A DNA stretch of 60,694 bases, the filler included, from Jimgerdemannia flammicorona (Eukaryota), in the NCBI GenBank assembly GCA_003990765.1. It is 3 parts of 3 records of this genome, joined end to end, with 100 filler letters (N's around TTAATTAATTAA, not from the genome) between each part and the next. Parts side by side here need not be neighbours in the genome. Positions count along the whole stretch, not along the records: positions 20,271 to 40,439 come from RBNJ01001745.1; positions 40,540 to 60,694 come from RBNJ01001746.1; 1 more part is not named here. One strand, 5' to 3'. Every line of letters starts with the position of its first letter. Position 1 is the first letter of the stretch. The notes beneath the pieces are model-generated. The model was not told where the DNA came from. It did no database searches and saw nothing but the letters and a program-made list of their open reading frames with translations. Positions 36,800-46,634 of this stretch are shown here, piece after piece. A program made the translations under genes and the position numbers.

Positions 36800-37130
36800 A
36801 GGGCTGACTTGCTGATAAGATGCTGAAAACAATGGTACTGGATAGCAATACTGGATTCGGATGAGCTGACAAAATGCTGAAAATGGTGGTACTGGGTAGC
36901 AATGCTGGAAATGGTTGTACTGGGTAGCAACGCTAGAAACGGACTTGCTGACAAAATGCTGAAAACGGTGGTACTGGGTAGCAATGCTGGATTCAGATGA
37001 GCTGACATAATTGCTGATTGTTGCCAGAAATGGTTGAGGAGGGTAGCAACGCTGGATTTGGATTTGCTGACAAAATGCTGAAAACGGTGGTACTGGGTAG
37101 CAATGCTGGATTCGGATGAGCTGACTAAAA
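36800..37130. repeat. Tandem modular repeats in LTR B, between the U3 ORF and the main TATA
   Basis: gctgacaaaatgctgaaa[a/t]..ggtggtactgggtagcaatgctgga repeated about 4 times, with fewer copies at 26690-26880. Confidence 0.8.
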
Positions 37131-37160
37131 GCTTGGTTCTCATGGCTGATAGGCAGTACT

Positions 37161-38147
37161 CTAGAGGGAATAGTACCATTCGTCCATGGTGGGCAAATCT
37201 TGCTGAGTTGCGATTTCTTCTTCATCATATCTCTCCTCAAAAGGGGGAAGCGCCGGCCAAGAGGTGAGGGGGTAAAAGGGTGGCCAGTCATCTTCAACAA
37301 CATTTTCCAATCCCTGAACTGCTTGAATGCGGACAGAGGACTGGTAGACTCTCTGTTGCTCCTCTTCTTCTTCTGATGACTCGTCAGTTTCAGTGTCAGA
37401 GGGGGTTTCTTCAGGGGCAGGGTTTTGGAATTCTTGGGCTTCCTCTTCAAAGACAGTAATCTCTTGGGCTTCCTCTTGATTCAGTTCCCAAATGATGAGA
37501 TGTGAATTGTGGCTGACAGGGTGGTGGGTGGTTGGGGTAGCTCCAACAGGTGCTTCTATGGTAATGGGCGGCCCTTCAAATATCTCCATAAGACTCATTA
37601 GGTGACCTTGATGGTTGTCTTAGAGTGGAGTGGTGTGGAAACCTGGCTGAGTAGGTTCGGTTTGTTGGCTTCCTACAGCGACTCGGTTTCTACCAGTAGA
37701 GTTGGCTACTTCTGATTCTATCCAGTCTGCATCTTCAGTTGAGAGATGGGCAAGACTGCTGGCTGTTACTCCTTGCAAGTGTGCTATGGCCCAGGGAATA
37801 TGGTGGAAGATTTGGTGGACATGGAGGGCTCTCTTGATTAGCTGGCTGGTGGTTAACATTTTGGCAATAAGGTCTTCCTGGTCGTCTTCTTGAGTCTCCT
37901 TGCAAAGGCAGTGTCCGATTTCATAATCATACCAGAGGGTCATTCGTTCGGTAGTGTCTTTGAGCTGTTGGGTCATTATATACCAGTAGTTGATGAAGTG
38001 TCCAAGTTCCTTGGTGTAGAAGTTCAAGTGTTCGGAAGTATCTGGGTGCCAGATGGCCTTCTTGATAGCTTCAAAGATCAGGGTCTTTGGGCCAGGCAAA
38101 GGGGTAGAGCGGTGGGAGGTCTGGTTGGATCGGTGAATGGGAGGCAT
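37161..38147 (-). pseudogene. Family B U3 accessory ORF (328 aa restored), one in-frame TAA at 37620
   Basis: ORFs 37620-38282 and 37161-37598 are in frame. The stop aligns with Q in the family C homolog (TPL*DN vs PILQDN). TATTTAA lies ~55 nt upstream of MPPIHRS. Confidence 0.78.
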
Positions 38148-39178
38148 TGTGTGGTGGGTACTTGGTTCTTTGGTACTGATCCCTGAGGTAGAGTATGGTT
38201 CCTTAAATAATGTGGTCTTCATTTTGGCTTGGATCATCTTGTCTTCTTTTGGTGAAATCACTTGACAGATTGGGCTGGTCACCAGTTATCACACCATAAT
38301 ATCATCTGATCTTGTGGTCACAGGGTACTCCAAATTTGGACAGGGTCAATTGTAGGTGTCACAATAGATAAAATAATGATTAATTTTAAGTTCTCAGGTG
38401 ATCAGTCAGTATACTCACTATTTGTAGACAATAATTCTTTTTCTAAACTATAGAAGAAATGCCTACTTAGAATAATAGTAATCTCAGTATTACTTGAGAT
38501 TGATCAAATATATTATGATCTTCTTGTATATACTAAAATATATCTATTATATATTTCTATTAACAATCTTTCTAAATTTATTTAGTAAATATTCTCATAA
38601 AATATATTCTCAGTAATTATATATTTTCTGATTATTGAAGAAACTCTCAAAAAGACTGAAAAAGTTTTCTTCTATAAAATGAAAGCAGTTCTATATTATA
38701 GATATATGTATGTTATGGATATTTATAGACTATCTGCAGTAGGAAAAAGGTAATATTTATAATTACAAAATTGTTTAGATAAAAATTTTATTTGATAGCT
38801 GATTATGAATATATTTTGTAGTAATATTATTATATATAGACCAGATAGCAAACTTTGTAATTACTATCTAATGGTTATATACTTTATAGTTAATTATCTA
38901 GAGATACATATATTTAATCTATCTAATCTGAATAAATTAAGTCTGTCCAAAATATATGACCCCTCACTTGCAATTTTCATTTTTTGATAAAAAATATTCT
39001 TTATAAATAATTTCTGAGATATAGAGAGCAGTTGTAAATATACCGATTTATCATTTAAAAGATAAATATAAAATAGCCTAAAAGAGTCTTCAAGGGTATA
39101 GATTGTGGAAACTAACTATATATATTAATTTTACTTATTTTTAAATAAATATTTTTTATTAACAATTATATTATCTAT

Positions 39179-40439
39179 TGTAACGGTGACCCCAGAATGA
39201 TGACATCAGCACAGAAGACAGCCTTTCTTTACAAGCCACCAGATCAGAGTACAAGAAGATCATACAGCATGCGAGATGAGCAACGATGACCAACTGTGAG
39301 TCATTGTGACCACAGCACAAGCATCCTGAAGAATATAAAAGAAGGATCATGGAACCACAGTAGCAGCAGCCAACAAGAACCCCAATCCCAAAATAGCTCA
39401 AAGACTTACCACAAACAAAATGCCTGCTGCCCGCCAAACCTCAAGGTCAAGGAATCATCAAGGTATCTCGGTTGAGGAAAGGATGTTTCAAGACATCAGA
39501 AGAGCCATGGAGACCCGCTCAAGAAGAACTCCTAGTATCCACCTGGGTACTGCAGACCCCTATCACTTCATCCTCTACCGCTGTGAAATAGAAACAAGGA
39601 TCACCATCGCCACCGAATGCCTCCAAATGTGGCAAGAGTACGAAATAGGAAACCTCCTCTGCCGGGAGTTCCCACAGGCCAGCACCCAAGAGCTACAAGA
39701 TGCCACTCCCATGGATATACGTGAAACAAGGACAGCTAAGAAGATCCATCAGATCTTCAGGCATGTACCATGGTCGATCCCCAACTTGGAGTATGTTAGA
39801 GTCTCAGACTTCAGAGACCTGTCATCCTGCCGCATCAATGCACTAGAAGCCAGGGTAGCTACAGAAGCCCAGTCCACTATCACCCTCAACAGTGAAGAAG
39901 TAGAAGACTTCTGGCACCCCATCCTTCAGGACAACCCAGACCAATTCCTGCAAGAATTGATCTCAGTATTCCAAGGCCCAAGCATCCGAGTTAGATCCCC
40001 CCAAGACCCCACATTTGTCCCCTATTTTGTGGAAGAGAACCTCATAGATTGGAGAGCTCCAAATCTTGTCCCCGATTTCCCTGCCGAACGTGATGACGTC
40101 ATCGGCGATGACATCATCCTGTGCGACATACCCGAAGTATGCGAGATGCGTGACCTGCATGACGAATTCGTGGATCTCATCTCCTTCAGTGATGATGATG
40201 ATGATGAAGCTCTCATGATCCTGAACTTTCTGCTCTAAAGTTCTTTGTTACACTGGATAATGCCAGCACCGGTATTCTCATGTAACACTGGATAATGCCA
40301 GCACCGGTATTCTGATGTGGTACTAAATAATGCCAGCCCTGGAACTCAGTAGTTTTAGTTATTGGAATTTATATTTAGCTTTATATCTTAGCAACCATTG
40401 AATTATATTTTGTATAAATACCTCTCTTATTTCCTCTGA
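39179..40439 (+). repeat. Putative LTR of a further family (C), truncated by the gap
   Basis: Abrupt TGTAAC start in AT-rich DNA. Layout TGAGTCA (39297), TATAAAA (39334), ORF, tandem repeats, TATAAATA (40413) mirrors LTRs A and B. The second end is not visible. Confidence 0.6.
39420..40238 (+). CDS. Accessory protein, 272 aa, homolog of the LTR A and B ORFs
   Basis: Intact ORF. WQEYEIGNLLC...IHQIFRHVPWSIPNL...ELISVFQGPSI aligns with family B WYDYEIGHCLC...VHQIFHHIPWAIAHL...SLMEIFEGPPI. Confidence 0.8.
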   Translation: MPAARQTSRSRNHQGISVEERMFQDIRRAMETRSRRTPSIHLGTADPYHFILYRCEIETRITIATECLQMWQEYEIGNLLCREFPQASTQELQDATPMDIRETRTAKKIHQIFRHVPWSIPNLEYVRVSDFRDLSSCRINALEARVATEAQSTITLNSEEVEDFWHPILQDNPDQFLQELISVFQGPSIRVRSPQDPTFVPYFVEENLIDWRAPNLVPDFPAERDDVIGDDIILCDIPEVCEMRDLHDEFVDLISFSDDDDDEALMILNFLL

Positions 40440-40539
40440 NNNNNNNNNNNNNNNNNNNNNNNNNNNNNNNNNNNNNNNNNNNNTTAATTAATTAANNNNN
40501 NNNNNNNNNNNNNNNNNNNNNNNNNNNNNNNNNNNNNNN
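40440..40539. other. Assembly gap with artificial TTAATTAATTAA spacer
   Basis: N runs plus linker. Confidence 0.97.
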
Positions 40540-43500
40540 TCTTGGTAACTGCATTGAGCTTTCTGTAGTCGACACAGAGCCTTGGAGCAAATTCTCCAGG
40601 TTTGCTTCCTTTTTTCGGAGCTAGTACAACTGGTGAAGACCAGGGGCTGCTGGCTTCTTTGATGATGCTGGCTTCTTCCATCTGCTTGATTTCTTCTCTG
40701 AGCCATTCTCAGTAGGCTGGTGGAACAGGTCTTGCCTTCTGATAAATTAGTTTGGTGTCTCCGGTATCTACCTTATGATAGTAGTGTGGGGTCTTTCCCT
40801 TGATATTCTTGAAATCTGTGGCAAGGATATGTATTCTCAAATTTGTGGAGTATTTCCTTGAGTTCCTCCTTGAGTGGGAATTCATCTCCAATGGTATAAC
40901 TGTGCTTGCTCGTGTTTTCCTTCTTCTTATGCTCAAGTTCGGTGATCTTGGTGCTAGCAAATACTCCTCTTTCTGTGGATCCGAATCCTTTCTTTCCTCT
41001 TTTCATTTCCTCCAGATTCTTGACTTCTATGATCCTTGGCTGTATGATTGGGAAGATCAACATCTGTGCCAATTGGTCCTTCTTCTTGACTGGGAATGAA
41101 ATTATAGAATTGTGGTTCTTAGCAATGAGTAGAATTTCTCCAGTATAGTCTGAATCAATGACTCCTCCTTTGATTGTGATTTCACTTCTAGCCAGGCTGC
41201 TTCTTGTCTTGAGAATCCTGACATGATCCTTTGGGATGGTCATCTCTAGTCTAGTTATGAGTAGGGTGGTTGTCTGGGGTTTGAGTACAGTTTCTTCTAC
41301 TATAGCGATGTCCATTCCGGTTACATTTTCTGACTTATATTCTGGCAAGACTGCATTAGGGTGGATCTTTCAAATCTTGACCTTGATTTCTTCTTTATCA
41401 TCACTGTCCTCCAGAAGGGCTGGTGGTTCGTCATCTTCCACCTTCTCTTCTTCTCTGATCTGTTTTTCAAGAGCTTTCTGCCTTCTTTCCTGGTAGATCT
41501 TCTTAGTTCCAATGGTACACTGGTAGCAATCGTTGACATGCTCCATACAGTACATCTTGATTCCATGAGGACAGACTCCTTGTAGGGCATAGCCTTCTGT
41601 GATCTTCTTGCACCATTCTTCTTCACTCATCCATTCAACTTTCTTCTTCTTTGGAATAGTCACCATATAAGCTTTCTCTTGCTCACTCTCTTCTTCCTCC
41701 ATATTGGGCAGAACTTCTTTGTTGATATTGATGGGAATTCATATCTTCTGTCCTTGGTAGGTGATCTGTATCTTCTGAGCATTGAGATCAATTACCGCCT
41801 TGGCTTTGTGAAGCCATTGATTGCCGATGAGGATGTCATAGTTGGTGGCATTGGTTATGATTATATCTACTGGGATTGTTACTCCTCTGATCTTGATGGA
41901 AATATCTCAGATCTTTCCCAGGGGTGTGGCTCTTGTACCATCAGCTGTGATAAATACTAGTTTAGTTGCTTCTTCCACATCCCAACCTAGGCGGTCTGCT
42001 GCCTTCTTACTGAGGAGACATCCTTCTACTTCCATATCAATAATGGCTTCAAAGGTTCTATCTTCAATTTGGCATATTGCATAAGCAGAGGTTTTGCGAT
42101 TGTCCTCACTTTCTTCTCCTAAGTCCTCTTGAACATTATTGGTCTCAGTTATCTTCCATCCTTGTTCCTTGATTGTTTCGGTAAGTCCAAACCTCATTTG
42201 CTATCTGAATGTTGGGATTTCTGTGAGCTGACCAAAGGTTGCATTGACCTTTTGTTGACTGAGATCCTTGAAGATATCATACTTGAAGGTCTTGGTCTTG
42301 CGAAGCTTCTTTTCTTTTTCTCCTTCACTGGCTGGAGTGGTTCCTCAGATGATATCTTAAACTGCTTGCTCCAGCTCGATATCTTGGTCCATCTCTTCGG
42401 CTTGGCTTTCTGTGGCAGTTTCCATCTGCTTTTCCACTGAGTTCTTCTTGGGTCTTCCTGGCAGTCTCTTGTAGGGTTCTTTGCAAGCATCCTTCTTGGT
42501 GGTCTGAGCAGGATAGGCCTCCCATTCCTCTTCATCAGATTCTCTGATTTCTTCAAAGGTGATTGTATTGGCCTGTTCCTTATTTCATATGGCATTGCTT
42601 GGTTGAGCCTTGCATTTGGTTTCACTCATACATTCATAGGAGTAGTGGCCTTCTTCTCCATGGCTGTAGCAGGTACCTTTCTTCTTGTCTGAAGTGGTGG
42701 CAAACTTCTGAACAGGGTGGTGATCTCTTCCTCAGATTTCCTTTACCACATCTCCCAGGTGGGCAGTTATTTCAGCAAACCTTTTGGCGAGTTCCTCCAT
42801 AAAGTCACTGTTCTTTTGCTGCTCTGTAGCTTTTGGCTGAGGTGTGTTTCAATTGATCATTGTGGTGGAGATCACACTGGTTGCCTTGGGTGTCTTGATT
42901 CTGACTCCTGTAACTCTCTCCATTATATAGTCTTGTGGGTGTCTGGCTATCCAGTATCGCTGAGCATAGGTGACCTTCTGTAGCAGATCTAGAATCACTG
43001 GTGATGAGCGGATGGCCATGGCTATTTCTGGATGGACTCCTTTCATGAAGGTTGCTTCGGCTACTTGATCTCAGATAGCAGTAGCATAATCTGCAAGGAT
43101 TATCTGATATCGAATTCTAGTATAAAATGTGTTTGGATCCTCACTCATTTCTTGGCATATTGTGTTGAGCTGATCCTTCAAAGCTTGCTTGATCTCATCT
43201 GTGTAATATGCATTTTGGAGCCAGGTCTTCTGTGCTGTCAGTATGGCATTAGTATCATTTCCTGCATAGGTTACAGCTGTGAATGCTGCTCTGGCAGGGC
43301 CTCATAGGCTGAAGGGCATGAGGGCTACTTGCTGTGCTGCTGTCAGAGTCCTTACAGTAGCATACTGCTTGAAATCATCAATGAAGGTGATGATTGATTC
43401 ATCTGAGGTATATTTATGGAATACTGGCAGTCTTATATCCATCTTGTCTGGGTATTGGGGCTTAGTTTGTATGGTTGTTCGAATAGTGGTAGTTGTTTGT

Positions 43501-44014
43501 TGTTCAGCTTGAAAGTGAGAGATTCATCTTGAATTACCAGCTAATGGGCACCAAGTTATAATGTAGTGGACACTTACTTTTGAAAGTATGTCAGATTTCT
43601 GTATCTTGAAAACTTGACCATTCTGACTCTCGCAGAGTCTCTTGAAGTTGTAGGGGAGGGTGGGTGAGTTCAAAGTGTATCTGCCCACAGGCTTGTTAGT
43701 TCCTTTGCTATCTCTTTGCTTTGAACTATTTCGATCTGAGGTTTATTCACTCGAAGATACTGGGTTATTTATATAAGTTTGCTAGCTATGAGAGGGTGGC
43801 TAAGTAATAAATGAGTCATTTGGACTTTGTCGAAACATTTGGACAATGTCTAAATGCTATACTAAATCGGGGTGTTCAATTTGGATAATGTCTAAAAGTT
43901 TAGACAATGTTGAAATTGAGGACTGCTAACTATAAGGCTATACTACTTTGAGACTGGGTGCAATTAAGTATCTATTCCCTATTTCCTTCTTCCAAATTTG
44001 GCTGTACTGTCACA
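40540..44014 (-). mobile_element. Ty3/gypsy family D, 5' half: short LTR 43557-44014, PBS, gag, CCHC, PR, Cys module, dUTPase, start of RT
   Basis: PBS TGGTGCCC at ~43546-43553. GHYSYEC knuckle, FEAIID protease, SSPWSSPVVLAPKK...RLCVDYRKLN. Confidence 0.88.
40970..41350 (-). CDS. dUTPase domain within the family D polyprotein, between PR and RT
   Basis: TGMDI, TRSSLA, GGVIDSDYTGEI, LAQML, RGKKGFGST. Confidence 0.92.
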
Positions 44015-46219
44015 ATATGCATAGATAAGCCTTGTAATACTTAAATTCCTTATCTAAGAAGTATTTATTGATCTGCTTATTCTAGAGATGTACTGCTTGC
44101 TTAATTCTATATAACTCTTTATATAATTTATATACAAACTTATTTCTATTATTGTTTTATAATTTATATCTCAGTGGCTAACAGATATATAACTCTATAT
44201 CTATGTCACTATTTAAGAAGACTGTCTTGATGTACATTTTGTAGATTTCATAGTTATATATTTGACTCTGATTGTAAGAAGTATTCTAAACAAAATAAGC
44301 TTAAATACTAGAGAAAAGGTCTCATTGTAGTCTATGCTATATCCTTATAAATATCTCTTTACTACAAATTGAGTATTATACCACTCTTTATTTCATTGAC
44401 TTTATACTTGATCTTATAGACTTATTTTGATTCTATAGCTTGCCTATCTACCAGGAGAGGAACTAAATCCTATATATTATTTTGATGAGTAAACTATATT
44501 CCTCATCTATAGTCTTTTTCACTCTTTTTTATCATTTAAGTAAATATCTTCATCATAGTTAGCTGGCTCACCAGTTATTACTATATAGGTTCACTTATAG
44601 ATATAATTGATATAATGTTATTTATAATGAGATATCTTAGACAGATCTCAATAACTTTCTAAATCTGCTTTGACTTTATTTTATAGCCTAGATCTATACA
44701 TTTTCTTACCTTTTAGAAAGATATCCTCATTATTATCCTTGTCTATAATTTCTGTAATTCTTGGCTCTGATAGTCTCATTGATATATATAGATTGTACTA
44801 ATACTGGCATAAGTGCCAAAGATATCTTTATTGAGATTTTGACTACTATTTTAGGTGTAGGAATTATTCTGCTTATCTTTAAAGTTAATATAGATAATAC
44901 TGAACTAGTTATAAGAATTTCTATACAAATTTCCTATTCTTTAGTCTTTTCCTTAAATTGATTATCATGAGAGATAACTATATAGTATTCTGCAGATTCT
45001 ATAATCTATATGCTACTCTATTATATCTAAGGAATATATACTTATTTATCTTAAACTCAAATTTACCTTTATTACTACTCTTATGTATCTAAGATATAAG
45101 TATTACTTCTAAATATATATAAGTGTGAAATATCAGACTTAGATTCACTTTATAATTCTTTAGAAATAAGATCAGTATCATTTCTGAATTATTGATTATT
45201 ACTATTTCTAGATTACTAGTTATTAGATCTATTAGATCTATTAGAATTCTTACTTAAAGTTTGAGAAACATAATGATTTCAGATATATATTACTATATTT
45301 ACCACTTTGGTCTAAAAAGAGTATAGTAAGCTAATTGTATTCATTATTATTCAAGCTATCTCTACTATTATTTAATTAAGTATTCTGCTATACTATTCTG
45401 CTAAAATATATAGAGAGTTATTATAGAGTATTAGATACTATACTTTTTCAAGAAGTATTTAAAGGCTTTATTAATATATTTCTTACTATTATCTGAGTAT
45501 AAGATCTATATCTTATATTCTATTTCATTTTTCATAATTATCTTGAATTCTCAGAATTTTTAAATATTTCATTCTTTACTATAAAGAAGTATATATAGAC
45601 TTTACAAGTATAATTATCAATAAAAGTGATAAAGTACCTCTTCTCAGAGTATATTGAAGTTCACATAGAACTATAAATATTCATATATATTAGATTAAGA
45701 ATACTAGTTACTCACTTTATCTATTTCTGAAAACATCACTAAAAAGTCTTATTTACTATATATTTATCACAAAAGCTAAAATCTGGTAATATATAGTTTA
45801 GTACATAATCTATATAGATTTACTCCTTATTATCTATTTTAGATTTATCTTACCAATATATATCAAGTATTTATATTATATATATATACCAGAGATCCTC
45901 TCTAGTCATAGTTGTAAAATATATAAATAATATATTACTATAATTATATATAGGTTTCTGTTTTTTGATATATATATTAACTCTTTATTATTCTTTAGAT
46001 TAATCACAATTATACTATTTGAGTGTATATTTACTTCTCTAATTTCTCAAGCCATTATCTGGTCTATTAAAAAGAGATTTTTACCTATATCTAATATATA
46101 TAGTATATATATAAGTACTCAGCATATAGTTTATATTAGTATAATACTATTGATATTGATATTACTATTTTTTACTATCTGAAAAATATTTTCTGAATTT
46201 ACTTCTACATATATCTTCT
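44015..46219 (-). mobile_element. Heavily decayed Ty1/copia internal region (integrase then RT)
   Basis: Minus translations FITFIDNY (~45620), IDYNETFS (~44325), EIYKMYIKTVFLNSDID (~44230; cf. copia QMDVKTAFLNG) and YKLYKELYRIKQA (~44115). Confidence 0.8.
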
Positions 46220-46634
46220 TATAAGTACACAATCTTTAAACCACTAAAATTATATATTACTCTTAGAACAAATTCAGAAACCATATATAAGATTATAAAG
46301 CTGAGTTAAACCAAAGTCATAGATTAAAAAGCTGAGTCAACTCAAAGTTACAAAATATAAAATTTACAAAAATAGAATCTTACTAATTAGGACTAAAAGT
46401 ATATATACTAAATATGTAAATATATTAAATAGAAAACTATAATAAATTAGAAATATAACTATAACTCTCAAATATATATTCAGCTATAATCACTAAAGTA
46501 TTCAACTGTATTTGTGCTAATATTTGGAATACTATTATCAACTGAGCTACAGCTTCTCTGTTCCTTATAAATATCTATAGTCTAACACTCTTTTATTTTA
46601 TAAAAGTCTAATAAAATATTCTAAACATACTTAG
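46220..46634 (+). repeat. Old family A LTR fragment in the opposite orientation, including the start of the U3 ORF
   Basis: Matches the reverse complement of ~2063-2467. Interrupted by family A copy 3. Confidence 0.8.

Larger units (their letters stand above)
25865..38363 (-). mobile_element. Ty3/gypsy family B, full-length structure (12.5 kb), coding decayed
   Basis: Two ~2.3-kb LTRs, PBS, PPT and the order gag-PR-dUTPase-RT-RH-IN. Flanks CTAG / ATAG could be a 4-bp TSD with one change. Confidence 0.93.
36000..38363 (-). repeat. Family B 5' LTR
   Basis: TGTGG...TCACA termini. Colinear with 25865-28117 except at the ends and in the repeat block. Confidence 0.88.

Noticed and set aside
36800..37130. 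Repeat arrays here and at 24270-24560 as CRISPR arrays
   Set aside because: Eukaryotic context, degenerate abutting units, no unique spacers and no cas genes.
36754..37450. Track ORFs 36779-37450, 36754-37179 and 26635-26905
   Set aside because: Alternate frames running through tandem repeats, with lengths not conserved between the two LTRs.
39179..44014. One element spanning the 40440 gap
   Set aside because: The left part is on the plus strand and has no similarity to the 43557-44014 LTR, while the right part is a minus-strand gag-pol. Treated as separate elements.
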